Shown here piece after piece: positions 49,780 through 60,115 of a stretch of 64,000 nt of DNA (positions are counted from its first letter, which is position 1; each line of letters begins with the position of its first letter). Made by a program: the position numbers and the translations under genes. This stretch comes from Escherichia coli (GTDB taxonomy: Bacteria > Pseudomonadota > Gammaproteobacteria > Enterobacterales > Enterobacteriaceae), in the NCBI RefSeq assembly GCF_024700885.2, contig NZ_CP117016.1; one strand, given 5' to 3'. A model generated the notes under the pieces. The model ran no database searches. It was not told the DNA's origin and saw only the letters and a list, made by a program, of their open reading frames with translations.

Positions 49780-50748
49780 ATGCCTAACATTACCTGGTGC
49801 GACCTGCCTGAAGATGTCTCTTTATGGCCCGGTCTGCCTCTTTCATTAAGTGGTGATGAAGTGATGCCACTGGATTACCACGCAGGTCGTAGCGGCTGGC
49901 TGCTGTATGGTCGTGGGCTGGATAAACAACGTCTGACCCAATACCAGAGCAAACTGGGCGCGGCGATGGTGATTGTTGCCGCCTGGTGCGTGGAAGATTA
50001 TCAGGTGATTCGTCTGGCAGGTTCACTCACCGCGCGGGCTACGCGCCTGGCCCACGAAGCGCAGCTGGATGTCGCGCCGCTGGGGAAAATCCCGCACCTG
50101 CGCACGCCGGGTTTGCTGGTGATGGACATGGATTCCACCGCCATCCAGATTGAATGTATTGATGAAATTGCCAAACTGGCCGGAACGGGCGAGATGGTGG
50201 CGGAGGTAACCGAACGGGCGATGCGCGGCGAACTCGATTTTACCGCCAGCCTGCGCAGCCGCGTGGCGACGCTGAAAGGCGCTGACGCCAATATTCTGCA
50301 ACAGGTGCGTGAAAATCTGCCGCTGATGCCAGGCTTAACGCAACTGGTACTCAAGCTGGAAACGCTGGGCTGGAAAGTGGCGATTGCCTCCGGTGGCTTT
50401 ACTTTCTTTGCTGAATACCTGCGCGACAAGCTGCGCCTGACAGCCGTGGTAGCCAATGAACTGGAGATCATGGACGGTAAATTTACCGGCAATGTGATCG
50501 GCGACATCGTAGACGCGCAGTACAAAGCGAAAACTCTAACTCGCCTCGCGCAGGAGTATGAAATCCCGCTGGCGCAGACTGTGGCGATTGGCGATGGAGC
50601 CAATGACCTGCCGATGATCAAAGCGGCAGGGCTGGGGATTGCCTACCATGCCAAGCCAAAAGTGAATGAAAAGACGGAAGTCACCATCCGTCACGCTGAC
50701 CTGATGGGGGTATTCTGCATCCTCTCTGGCAGCCTGAATCAGAAGTAA
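49780..50748 (+). CDS. serB: Phosphoserine phosphatase
   Basis: 322 aa, HAD motif DMDST. Confidence 0.9.
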   Translation: MPNITWCDLPEDVSLWPGLPLSLSGDEVMPLDYHAGRSGWLLYGRGLDKQRLTQYQSKLGAAMVIVAAWCVEDYQVIRLAGSLTARATRLAHEAQLDVAPLGKIPHLRTPGLLVMDMDSTAIQIECIDEIAKLAGTGEMVAEVTERAMRGELDFTASLRSRVATLKGADANILQQVRENLPLMPGLTQLVLKLETLGWKVAIASGGFTFFAEYLRDKLRLTAVVANELEIMDGKFTGNVIGDIVDAQYKAKTLTRLAQEYEIPLAQTVAIGDGANDLPMIKAAGLGIAYHAKPKVNEKTEVTIRHADLMGVFCILSGSLNQK

Positions 50749-50796
50749 TTGCTCGCCCGTCATCCTGCGGGCGGCACAGCATTAACGAGGTACACC

Positions 50797-52179
50797 GTGG
50801 CAAAAGCTCCAAAACGCGCCTTTGTTTGTAATGAATGCGGGGCCGATTATCCGCGCTGGCAGGGGCAGTGCAGTGCCTGTCATGCCTGGAACACCATCAC
50901 CGAGGTGCGTCTTGCTGCGTCGCCAACGGTGGCGCGTAACGAGCGTCTCAGTGGCTATGCCGGTAGCGCCGGGGTGGCAAAAGTCCAGAAACTCTCCGAT
51001 ATCAGCCTTGAAGAGCTGCCGCGTTTTTCCACCGGATTTAAAGAGTTCGACCGCGTACTAGGCGGCGGCGTGGTGCCGGGAAGCGCCATTCTGATTGGCG
51101 GTAACCCAGGTGCGGGGAAATCCACGCTGCTACTGCAAACGCTGTGCAAACTGGCCCAGCAGATGAAAACGCTGTATGTCACTGGCGAAGAGTCGCTGCA
51201 ACAGGTGGCAATGCGCGCTCATCGCCTTGGCCTGCCGACTGACAATCTCAATATGTTGTCGGAAACCAGCATCGAACAGATCTGCCTGATTGCCGAAGAA
51301 GAGCAACCGAAACTGATGGTAATTGACTCGATCCAGGTGATGCATATGGCGGATGTACAATCATCGCCTGGTAGCGTGGCGCAGGTGCGTGAAACGGCGG
51401 CTTATCTGACGCGCTTCGCCAAAACGCGCGGCGTGGCGATTGTCATGGTCGGGCACGTAACCAAAGATGGCTCGCTGGCTGGCCCTAAAGTGCTGGAACA
51501 CTGTATTGACTGTTCGGTGCTTCTGGACGGCGATGCCGACTCCCGTTTCCGCACCTTGCGTAGCCATAAAAACCGCTTCGGCGCGGTGAATGAACTGGGC
51601 GTCTTCGCGATGACCGAACAGGGTCTGCGTGAAGTCAGCAACCCTTCGGCAATCTTTTTAAGCCGCGGTGATGAAGTGACCTCCGGTAGCTCAGTGATGG
51701 TAGTGTGGGAAGGAACGCGTCCGCTGCTGGTGGAGATCCAGGCGCTGGTCGATCACTCGATGATGGCGAATCCACGCCGCGTGGCGGTAGGGCTGGAGCA
51801 AAACCGTCTGGCGATCCTGCTGGCTGTCTTGCACCGTCACGGTGGTCTGCAAATGGCCGATCAGGATGTATTTGTGAACGTGGTCGGCGGCGTGAAGGTA
51901 ACCGAAACCAGCGCCGACTTGGCGTTACTGCTGGCGATGGTTTCCAGCCTGCGTGACAGACCGCTGCCGCAGGATCTGGTGGTGTTTGGTGAAGTCGGGC
52001 TGGCAGGGGAGATCCGCCCGGTGCCCAGCGGTCAGGAACGTATCTCAGAAGCGGCGAAACACGGTTTTCGCCGGGCGATTGTTCCGGCGGCTAACGTACC
52101 GAAAAAAGCGCCGGAAGGGATGCAGATTTTTGGCGTTAAAAAACTCTCCGACGCGCTTAGCGTGTTCGACGACTTATAA
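50797..52179 (+). CDS. radA: DNA repair protein RadA
   Basis: 460 aa from GTG start; zinc finger CNECGADYPRWQGQCSAC, Walker A GNPGAGKST. Confidence 0.9.
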   Translation: MAKAPKRAFVCNECGADYPRWQGQCSACHAWNTITEVRLAASPTVARNERLSGYAGSAGVAKVQKLSDISLEELPRFSTGFKEFDRVLGGGVVPGSAILIGGNPGAGKSTLLLQTLCKLAQQMKTLYVTGEESLQQVAMRAHRLGLPTDNLNMLSETSIEQICLIAEEEQPKLMVIDSIQVMHMADVQSSPGSVAQVRETAAYLTRFAKTRGVAIVMVGHVTKDGSLAGPKVLEHCIDCSVLLDGDADSRFRTLRSHKNRFGAVNELGVFAMTEQGLREVSNPSAIFLSRGDEVTSGSSVMVVWEGTRPLLVEIQALVDHSMMANPRRVAVGLEQNRLAILLAVLHRHGGLQMADQDVFVNVVGGVKVTETSADLALLLAMVSSLRDRPLPQDLVVFGEVGLAGEIRPVPSGQERISEAAKHGFRRAIVPAANVPKKAPEGMQIFGVKKLSDALSVFDDL

Positions 52180-52199
52180 TGAGAGATACGGAGGGAGAT

Positions 52200-53432
52200 A
52201 TGTCGTCATTTGATTACCTGAAAACTGCCATCAAGCAACAAGGCTGCACGCTACAGCAGGTAGCTGATGCCAGCGGTATGACCAAAGGGTATTTAAGCCA
52301 GTTACTGAATGCCAAAATTAAAAGCCCCAGCGCGCAAAAGCTGGAGGCGTTGCACCGTTTTTTGGGGCTTGAGTTTCCCCGGCAGAAGAAAACCATTGGT
52401 GTCGTATTCGGTAAGTTCTACCCGCTGCATACCGGACATATCTACCTTATCCAGCGCGCCTGTAGCCAGGTTGACGAGCTGCATATCATTATGGGCTTTG
52501 ACGATACCCGTGACCGTGCGTTGTTTGAAGACAGCGCCATGTCGCAGCAGCCCACGGTGCCGGATCGTCTGCGCTGGTTATTGCAAACCTTTAAATATCA
52601 GAAAAATATCCGTATTCATGCCTTCAACGAAGAGGGCATGGAGCCGTATCCGCACGGCTGGGATGTGTGGAGCAACGGCATCAAAAAGTTTATGGCTGAA
52701 AAGGGGATCCAGCCGGACCTGATCTACACCTCGGAAGAAGCCGATGCGCCACAGTATATGGAACATCTGGGGATCGAGACGGTGCTGGTCGATCCGAAAC
52801 GCACCTTTATGAGTATCAGCGGTGCGCAGATCCGCGAAAACCCGTTCCGCTACTGGGAATATATTCCCACCGAAGTGAAGCCGTTCTTTGTGCGTACCGT
52901 GGCGATCCTTGGCGGCGAGTCGAGCGGTAAATCAACCCTGGTAAACAAACTTGCTAATATCTTCAACACTACCAGTGCATGGGAATATGGTCGCGATTAT
53001 GTCTTTTCACACCTTGGCGGTGATGAGATCGCATTGCAGTATTCCGACTACGATAAAATCGCGCTGGGACACGCTCAATACATTGATTTTGCAGTGAAAT
53101 ATGCCAATAAAGTGGCGTTTATCGACACTGATTTTGTCACTACCCAGGCGTTCTGCAAAAAGTACGAAGGGCGGGAGCATCCGTTCGTGCAGGCGCTGAT
53201 TGATGAATACCGTTTTGATCTGGTGATCCTGCTGGAGAACAACACCCCGTGGGTGGCGGATGGTTTACGCAGCCTCGGCAGTTCGGTGGATCGCAAAGAG
53301 TTCCAGAACTTGCTGGTGGAGATGCTGGAAGAGAACAATATCGAATTTGTGCGGGTTGAAGAGGACGATTACGACAGCCGTTTCCTGCGCTGTGTGGAGC
53401 TGGTGCGGGAGATGATGGGCGAGCAGAGATAA
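52200..53432 (+). CDS. nadR: NadR trifunctional regulator/NMN adenylyltransferase/ribosylnicotinamide kinase
   Basis: 410 aa; N-terminal HTH, HxGH-type motif (YPLHTGH), Walker A GGESSGKST. Confidence 0.9.
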   Translation: MSSFDYLKTAIKQQGCTLQQVADASGMTKGYLSQLLNAKIKSPSAQKLEALHRFLGLEFPRQKKTIGVVFGKFYPLHTGHIYLIQRACSQVDELHIIMGFDDTRDRALFEDSAMSQQPTVPDRLRWLLQTFKYQKNIRIHAFNEEGMEPYPHGWDVWSNGIKKFMAEKGIQPDLIYTSEEADAPQYMEHLGIETVLVDPKRTFMSISGAQIRENPFRYWEYIPTEVKPFFVRTVAILGGESSGKSTLVNKLANIFNTTSAWEYGRDYVFSHLGGDEIALQYSDYDKIALGHAQYIDFAVKYANKVAFIDTDFVTTQAFCKKYEGREHPFVQALIDEYRFDLVILLENNTPWVADGLRSLGSSVDRKEFQNLLVEMLEENNIEFVRVEEDDYDSRFLRCVELVREMMGEQR

Positions 53433-53465
53433 CCGTGACGAAACGGCTCAAAGGCGAGGTATAAA

Positions 53466-53669
53466 ATGAGTTTTTTTGATAAGTTGAAAACCTCTCTGGA
53501 AGAGGCTGTTGAGATTAAACAAGGTTTAAAAGAACCTGCACGGGTGACCCGCTACGAAATTGCGGATGCTAAGGCTATTCGTGAGCAACTTCATACTCCA
53601 ACTGACCGGTTGCGTAGCCAGAATGCAATCAAATCTGACAGTCCGCTTCGAGCGAAAATCGGAAGTTAG
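53466..53669 (+). CDS. Hypothetical small protein
   Basis: 67-aa ORF convergent with GNAT gene; no motif recognised. Confidence 0.25.
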   Translation: MSFFDKLKTSLEEAVEIKQGLKEPARVTRYEIADAKAIREQLHTPTDRLRSQNAIKSDSPLRAKIGS

Positions 53670-53672
53670 TAG

Positions 53673-54221
53673 CTAGTTACCCAATAACTGCTCCCACTCT
53701 TTCTTGAGTAGAGCGAAAATAAATGTATCATCATATTTTTCTACACCATTATCATGTGTGAACGAGACAAACTCTTTAAAACATCCCTCCTGTCGCATAT
53801 GGAGACGAGCACATAGTTTCTGAGAGGCAAAATTATAGTCTTCAACATATGCATAAAGACGTCTGGCTTCTTTTTCAAAAAACAAATATTGAAATAACGC
53901 AGTGACAGATTCTGTAGCATAGCCTTTACCTTCATACCTCTTGTTAAAATGCCAGCCAACTGACCAGGTATTTCTGTCAGACTCCCCCTTATTATCAGCA
54001 AAGAGATGACCAATTAATTCATCAGTCTCTTTAAGGCAAACGGCAAACTGGCTGTTATCAAGGATTCTGCTGTCTATTTCTTTTATCGCATCTTCCAGGG
54101 AGTTGAGTTTTTCGTCCTGAAAACAAGGTGTGCGAGGTGAAGACAGATAATCGAAAAGTGCAGATGCATCTTTATTTTTGAATGCGCGAATAATGAGTCG
54201 CTCTGTAGTCATGAAGATCAT
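53673..54221 (-). CDS. GNAT family N-acetyltransferase (RimJ/RimL-like)
   Basis: 182 aa; ERLIIR N-terminal motif and acetyl-CoA-binding-like region (KRYEGKGYATESVTAL). Confidence 0.7.
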   Translation of the reverse strand: MIFMTTERLIIRAFKNKDASALFDYLSSPRTPCFQDEKLNSLEDAIKEIDSRILDNSQFAVCLKETDELIGHLFADNKGESDRNTWSVGWHFNKRYEGKGYATESVTALFQYLFFEKEARRLYAYVEDYNFASQKLCARLHMRQEGCFKEFVSFTHDNGVEKYDDTFIFALLKKEWEQLLGN

Positions 54222-54299
54222 GGAAACCTTATGTTATCTGGAGAACTTTTTGTGCATTCTACTAAATAATGATGCTTAGTCATATTAAGCTCATTCTGA

Positions 54300-54590
54300 T
54301 GTGATCAATGTCTACTTTTGGCACTATACGGACGACCAAACCCAATCAGATCCGACCAGCCGTTAGCCAGTGCCAGTTCGGCGCGCGCTTTGGTGTATTT
54401 TCCGGAGTAAATCAGCGTGCCGTGGAAAATTATGCGCAGCGCTTCTGCTGATTTGCGTACCTTCGCAGATGATAAGTCCAGCACTGGCGCGCTGCGCGTA
54501 ATAGGCCGCCATTATGTCAGTCGCAACGTCACCCGCGCGGGAACGCGTCGTCGGTGGCATTACAATACGGTTTATTAATGGCAACGCATT
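54300..54590 (-). pseudogene. Relic of Old-Yellow-Enzyme-family NADH:flavin oxidoreductase (NemA-like), internally deleted
   Basis: ORF 54363-54584 encodes DIMAAYYAQRASAGLIICEGTQIS (OYE N-terminal signature); another frame at 54301-54362 encodes GWSDLIGFGRPYSA (OYE C-terminal signature); the rest of the ~365-aa enzyme is absent. Confidence 0.45.
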
Positions 54591-54632
54591 CAGCGCATAT
54601 TTAGCAAATTACGTAATGGGTCCCTCGCGCGA

Positions 54633-54845
54633 TTATTTATACAGTTCGGCACTCATGGTGACGGTATTGCCCATGCGAGCGCTGGTAATTTTGTATTCAG
54701 AGGCGTTCATCTCTTTCGCTTTCTGCGCAATAACCGCTTCAGCGGAATCCAGTGTTGTACCGGTTGCTGTCACGCTTTGCGCCGATGCGTTAAACGCCGC
54801 GACAGAGAAAAGAGAAGCCGTAAAAATTGCGATGATCGTTTTCAT
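54633..54845 (-). CDS. DUF1471-family small periplasmic protein (YdgH/BhsA/McbA-like)
   Basis: 70 aa with signal peptide, C-terminal SEYKITSA...ELYK pattern. Confidence 0.6.
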   Translation of the reverse strand: MKTIIAIFTASLFSVAAFNASAQSVTATGTTLDSAEAVIAQKAKEMNASEYKITSARMGNTVTMSAELYK

Positions 54846-55002
54846 GTTTATATTCCAGAGTGTCTTAATTGTTTGGCGTTTATTAACGCGATGGGGAGAG
54901 AATACGCCTGCTGCCTGATAACATAAATGATACAAATGACAATAGACTATTCTGATTTTGTTAATAATCAGACGCCGGACGTTCCGACGCCTGTCGATTG
55001 CA

Positions 55003-55419
55003 TCAGGCAACAAAGTTGTCCTTCAGCGCCTTGAGACCATCCCGATAGATGCCGGTAAACAGCGCTTCGGCCTCTTCGTTCGTCACATTCACCGGGGTGA
55101 ATTCACCGAACCATTCCACACGGGAAACCTGGCTGTCGGCGGTTTCATGAACGGTAATGGTGGAGAGGTAATCCACCACCGGGAACGGTGCCTGAATAAT
55201 GGAATAGGTATAACTGCGTTGACGGTTATCAAACGCTTCCAGACGTTCAACCACAGTGCCGCCGTCAGAGGTTGTCAGCGAACGAACGCGACCGCCTTCT
55301 GTCACTACGCTTTTCGGGATGAACGGCAGCCAGTCTGGCAGCGCATCAAAGCCGCCCATCAATTGCCATACGGCGTCGGTAGAAGCCGGAATTTCGATCG
55401 ATACAGTTGTTTTAGCCAT
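55003..55419 (-). CDS. SRPBCC-family protein (polyketide cyclase/dehydrase-like fold)
   Basis: 138 aa, MAKTTVSIEIPASTDAVWQLM pattern. Confidence 0.55.
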   Translation of the reverse strand: MAKTTVSIEIPASTDAVWQLMGGFDALPDWLPFIPKSVVTEGGRVRSLTTSDGGTVVERLEAFDNRQRSYTYSIIQAPFPVVDYLSTITVHETADSQVSRVEWFGEFTPVNVTNEEAEALFTGIYRDGLKALKDNFVA

Positions 55420-55444
55420 GATAATTTTCTCTTAATTTATAGGG

Positions 55445-56242
55445 TTACATAGTCAGGGTGTCGACGACACCGCCATCGACGCGCAGGGCTGCCCCTGTGG
55501 TTGCCGAGGAAAGCGGTGACGCGAGATAAACCGCCAGATTCGCTACTTCTTCCACATCCGCCGCACGCTGGATGATGGAGCTCGGACGCGAGGTTTTAAC
55601 AAACTCATCGGCCTGTTCACGCGCACTGCGTCCCGATTGTGCAGCGGCATCCGCCAGCATCTCTTTCAGGCCATCGGTAAAGGTTGGCCCTGGCAGAATG
55701 GCGTTGACGGTCACACCGGTCCCCGCCAGTCGTTTCGCCAGACCATGAGAAACCGCCAGATTCGCGGCTTTGGTGACGCCGTAGTTGATCATGTCGCCAG
55801 GGATTGCCACGCCGGATTCGGACGAGACAAAAATAATCCGCCCCCAGCCCTGTTCCGTCATGCCTGGCGCATAGTGACGCGCCAGACGAACGCCGGAGAG
55901 GACGTTGACGTTATAGAAGTGCATCCACTCATCATCCGGAACGCTAAAGAAATCTTTATCGTTAAAAATGCCCAGATTATTGACCAGCACATCAGCCGTT
56001 GGGACTGCAGCGATCAGCGCAGCCACGCCGTCTTCGGTGCTGAGATCCGCCACCACGCCGCGCAGTGACGCTGTGGGGGTTTGTGCCGCAATCGCAGCCA
56101 TGGCGTCATCAACGCCGCTCTGTTTACGGCCGACGACAACCACCGTTGCGCCTGCTTTTGCCAGTCCGGCGGCGATACCCTGCCCAATGCCGGAGGTTGA
56201 GCCGCTGACCACCGCGACTTTACCTGTCAGATCCAGTTTCAT
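55445..56242 (-). CDS. Short-chain dehydrogenase/reductase (SDR)
   Basis: TGKVAVVSGSTSGIGQGIA NAD(P)-binding motif; start chosen at MKLDLTGK. Confidence 0.8.
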   Translation of the reverse strand: MKLDLTGKVAVVSGSTSGIGQGIAAGLAKAGATVVVVGRKQSGVDDAMAAIAAQTPTASLRGVVADLSTEDGVAALIAAVPTADVLVNNLGIFNDKDFFSVPDDEWMHFYNVNVLSGVRLARHYAPGMTEQGWGRIIFVSSESGVAIPGDMINYGVTKAANLAVSHGLAKRLAGTGVTVNAILPGPTFTDGLKEMLADAAAQSGRSAREQADEFVKTSRPSSIIQRAADVEEVANLAVYLASPLSSATTGAALRVDGGVVDTLTM

Positions 56243-56261
56243 CGTTTTCTCACCAGGTTGA

Positions 56262-57272
56262 TTAACGGGTCGGCAGCGGAGCGTTTTCCGCAACCAGATT
56301 TTGACGGCGCATTTCTGCCCAGAATTCAGCCGGAACAGGCGCATTCAGTGCAGCCAGATCTTCTGCCATACGGCCAGGACGGCTGGAGCCAGGAATAACC
56401 GCTGCAACGGCCGGGTTTGCCAGCGCGAACTGCAGCGCAGCCGCTTTAACGTTCACATTGAAACGTGTGGCAATGGCGTTAATTTGCGCCACTTTCTGCT
56501 GGATGGCCGCAGAAGCTTTCTGATATTCAAAGTGCTCGCCGCCTGCCAGTACGCCAGAGCTGTACGGACCGCCCACAACAATATCCACGTTCTGTTCCAG
56601 TGCTTCTGGCATCAGGCGTTGCAGCGCACGTTCGTGATCCAGCAGGGAATAACGCCCCGCCAGCAGGAACGCATCTGGCTTCGGTTCGTCCAGCGCCAGC
56701 GTCAGTTCACAAGGTTCGACGCGGTTCACACCCAGTCCCCAGGCTTTAATCACACCTTCGTCACGCAAACGTGTCAGTGCACGAAACGCACCGGTACGGG
56801 CTATGTTGAACTGTTCCAGCCAGCTGTCACCGTAGAAGTCCTGTGCCGGGTCGTGGATCCAGACAATATCCAGACGGTCTGTTTTCAGGCGTTTCAGGCT
56901 GTCTTCAATCGAGCGCAGCGTGGCGTCAGCAGAGTAGTCATTCAGAATTTTGTTTTTCAGGCCGTATTCGAACAGGCCACCTTTTTCACCGAAATCACGT
57001 TTTGCCGGATCTTCCATTTCGTCCAGCATGATGCGACCGACTTTGCTGCTCAGAACGTATTCATCACGTGGATACTGAGACAGCGCTTCGCCTATGCGGA
57101 TTTCAGAAAGGCCAGAGCCGTACAGCGGCGCGGTATCAAAGTAACGCACGCCCAGGTTCCAGGCTTCGCTCACGGTGGCGTGGGCCTCGTCTTCCAGAAT
57201 GGCACGGAACATGTTGCCGAGTGGTGCGCCGCCTAAGCCAATTTTGCCGGGAAGTAAATTTTTGATGCTCAT
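56262..57272 (-). CDS. Aldo-keto reductase family oxidoreductase
   Basis: 336 aa, IGLGGAPLGNMF AKR N-terminal signature. Confidence 0.75.
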   Translation of the reverse strand: MSIKNLLPGKIGLGGAPLGNMFRAILEDEAHATVSEAWNLGVRYFDTAPLYGSGLSEIRIGEALSQYPRDEYVLSSKVGRIMLDEMEDPAKRDFGEKGGLFEYGLKNKILNDYSADATLRSIEDSLKRLKTDRLDIVWIHDPAQDFYGDSWLEQFNIARTGAFRALTRLRDEGVIKAWGLGVNRVEPCELTLALDEPKPDAFLLAGRYSLLDHERALQRLMPEALEQNVDIVVGGPYSSGVLAGGEHFEYQKASAAIQQKVAQINAIATRFNVNVKAAALQFALANPAVAAVIPGSSRPGRMAEDLAALNAPVPAEFWAEMRRQNLVAENAPLPTR

Positions 57273-57405
57273 AAGATGTCCTCAATTATTCGGTTTGGGT
57301 TAGGGCATTTTTTTGCTATCGCCCTGTGACGTGGATCACAATACCTTGCGAGGTTGTGACTTGATAGGACATAATTCGTCTGACTTAAGTCCTTTGAGGT
57401 CTAAC

Positions 57406-58293
57406 ATGATTGATTTACGCCAACTGAAGTACTTCGTGGTGGTCGCAGAAGAAGAGCACGTGGGACGCGCAGCCGAGCGATTACATATCTCGCAATCACC
57501 GCTGAGCCGCCAGATTGCACAACTGGAAGAACGGCTGGGGCTGACGCTGTTTGAGCGTAATCAGCAGCGCATTCGCCTGACCGCTGATGGACAGACATTC
57601 CTTGCCGAAACACGTTCGTTGCTGACACACGCCAACCGCCTGGAGTCGTTAGGCAAACGCCTGGGACGGGGGGAAGATGGTGGCTTGTGTATTGGCTATA
57701 TCGAAAACGCCATGCATTCCGGTGTGCTTTCTACGGCGCTACGTACGTTACGTGTATCGCGTCCGAATGTGCATATTGCACTTTACAGCCAACCACCGGC
57801 GACCCAGATTGAAGGCCTGCGCCAGCGCAGTCTCGATTTTTCTCTGGTCGATACGCCGCCCACCGACAGCGAGCAGGATCTGGAATATATTCAGGTTCTG
57901 GATGATCGAATGTTGTTGGCCTTACCGCAAAATCATCCTCTGGCGCAGGAGGAAAACCTTGTCGCGTCACAACTTGGCGATGAGCAGTGGATTGCGGTGA
58001 TTCATAACGACGATGCGCATTCTCGCGATCATTTTGTCGCCGCCTGTGTTAACGCCGGGTTTAATCCTGATATTCGCCTGGAAGCGGGTGAACCCCTCAC
58101 GGCATTAGGTCTGGTCGCTGCGGGATTAGGTCTGGCCTTAATTCAACATAGTCTGCGTCATAATGCGCCGGAAGGGGTGGTATTACGTGAATTGCCGTGG
58201 ATGAATTATTCAACGCAATTATGGGCAGCCTGGCATAAAGCCAACCAACGTCCGCTGGTTTCCCATTTCCGCCAGATTTTGCGCGGTGAATAA
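57406..58293 (+). CDS. LysR-family transcriptional regulator
   Basis: N-terminal HTH LRQLKYFVVVAEEEHVGRAAERLHISQSPLSRQIAQLE; divergent from oxidoreductase genes. Confidence 0.8.
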   Translation: MIDLRQLKYFVVVAEEEHVGRAAERLHISQSPLSRQIAQLEERLGLTLFERNQQRIRLTADGQTFLAETRSLLTHANRLESLGKRLGRGEDGGLCIGYIENAMHSGVLSTALRTLRVSRPNVHIALYSQPPATQIEGLRQRSLDFSLVDTPPTDSEQDLEYIQVLDDRMLLALPQNHPLAQEENLVASQLGDEQWIAVIHNDDAHSRDHFVAACVNAGFNPDIRLEAGEPLTALGLVAAGLGLALIQHSLRHNAPEGVVLRELPWMNYSTQLWAAWHKANQRPLVSHFRQILRGE

Positions 58294-58447
58294 AACGTTA
58301 AGCGGGAACCATGAGTTCCCGCTTGATTTGAGATGTCAGTCCGCATCTGAGCTAATACGCTTAAAGAAAATTCTGCCTTTTCCGGGGACTCATCATTTAA
58401 CTAATACCGGCTGCGATGCTGGCGCGCCGCATCCGGCATTTTACGCA

Positions 58448-60115
58448 TTACTTCGCAATGCGCTTGTACTTGATACGCTTCGGCTCCAGCGCGTCTGCGC
58501 CCAGCGTGCGTTTCTTGTACTCTTCGTACTCGGTAAAGTTACCTTCGAAGAACTCAACTTTACCTTCATCCTGGTAGTCCAGGATGTGCGTGGCGATACG
58601 GTCGAGGAACCAACGGTCGTGCGAGATAACCATCGCGCAGCCCGGGAACTCCAGCAGGGCGTTTTCCAGCGCACGCAGGGTTTCGATATCCAGGTCGTTG
58701 GTTGGTTCGTCGAGCAGCAGCATGTTGCCGCCAACTTGCAGCAGCTTCGCCAGATGCAGACGACCGCGCTCACCGCCGGAGAGTTCACCAACGCGTTTAC
58801 CCTGATCAACCCCTTTAAAGTTAAAGCGGCCAACGTAGGCGCGGCTTGGCATCTCGGTGTTGCCGATTTTCATGATATCCAGCCCGCCGGAAACTTCTTC
58901 CCAAACGGTTTTGCTGTTATCCATTGAGTCACGGAACTGATCAACCGATGCCAGTTTCACCGTTTCACCCAAAGTGATGGTGCCGCTGTCCGGCTGTTCC
59001 TGACCAGAGATCATACGGAACAGCGTCGATTTACCCGCACCGTTCGGACCGATGATCCCGACGATCGCCCCTTTCGGGATCGAGAAACTCAGATCATCAA
59101 TCAGCAGACGATCGCCATAGGATTTACGCAGATTGCTGACTTCCAGCACTTTGTCGCCCAGACGCGGTCCAGGTGGAATAAACAGTTCGTTGGTTTCGTT
59201 ACGTTTCTGATATTCGGTGCTGTTCAGCTCTTCAAAGCGTGCCAGACGTGCTTTACCTTTCGACTGACGGCCTTTAGTTCCCTGACGTACCCACTCCAGC
59301 TCTTTCTCAATCGACTTACGACGCGCCGCTTCTTGTGAAGCTTCCTGCGCCAGGCGCTGATCTTTCTGCTCCAGCCAGGAGGAGTAGTTGCCTTCCCACG
59401 GAATACCTTCACCGCGGTCCAGTTCGAGGATCCAGCCTGCAACGTTATCGAGGAAGTAACGGTCGTGAGTAATCGCTACAACGGTGCCTTCGAAGTCGTG
59501 CAGGAAGCGTTCCAGCCACGCCACGGATTCGGCATCCAGGTGGTTCGTCGGTTCGTCGAGCAGCAGCATGTCTGGTTTTTCCAGCAGCAGGCGGCACAAC
59601 GCCACGCGACGACGCTCACCACCGGAGAGGTTAGCGATTTTCGCGTCCCAGTCCGGCAGACGCAGCGCATCCGCCGCACGCTCCAGCTGAACGTTCAGGT
59701 TGTGACCGTCGTGAGCCTGAATGATCTCTTCCAGACGGCCCTGTTCAGCGGCCAGTTTGTCAAAATCGGCATCCGGATCGGCGTACAGCGCATACACTTC
59801 ATCCAGACGTTTCAGAGCGTTAACCACTTCAGAAACCGCTTCTTCAATGGACTCACGTACGGTGTGTTCCGGGTTGAGCTGAGGTTCCTGCGGCAGATAA
59901 CCAATCTTGATATCCGGTTGCGGACGCGCTTCGCCTTCGATGTCTTTATCAATGCCCGCCATAATGCGCAGCAGGGTGGACTTACCCGCGCCGTTCAGAC
60001 CCAGGACACCAATTTTTGCCCCAGGGAAGAAACTCAGAGAGATGTTTTTCAAAATATGACGTTTCGGCGGAACAACTTTGCCGACACGATGCATGGTATA
60101 AACGAATTGAGCCAC
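58448..60115 (-). CDS. ettA: Energy-dependent translational throttle protein EttA (ABC-F)
   Basis: 555 aa, two ABC domains (GLNGAGKST, GPNGAGKST). Confidence 0.9.
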   Translation of the reverse strand: MAQFVYTMHRVGKVVPPKRHILKNISLSFFPGAKIGVLGLNGAGKSTLLRIMAGIDKDIEGEARPQPDIKIGYLPQEPQLNPEHTVRESIEEAVSEVVNALKRLDEVYALYADPDADFDKLAAEQGRLEEIIQAHDGHNLNVQLERAADALRLPDWDAKIANLSGGERRRVALCRLLLEKPDMLLLDEPTNHLDAESVAWLERFLHDFEGTVVAITHDRYFLDNVAGWILELDRGEGIPWEGNYSSWLEQKDQRLAQEASQEAARRKSIEKELEWVRQGTKGRQSKGKARLARFEELNSTEYQKRNETNELFIPPGPRLGDKVLEVSNLRKSYGDRLLIDDLSFSIPKGAIVGIIGPNGAGKSTLFRMISGQEQPDSGTITLGETVKLASVDQFRDSMDNSKTVWEEVSGGLDIMKIGNTEMPSRAYVGRFNFKGVDQGKRVGELSGGERGRLHLAKLLQVGGNMLLLDEPTNDLDIETLRALENALLEFPGCAMVISHDRWFLDRIATHILDYQDEGKVEFFEGNFTEYEEYKKRTLGADALEPKRIKYKRIAK

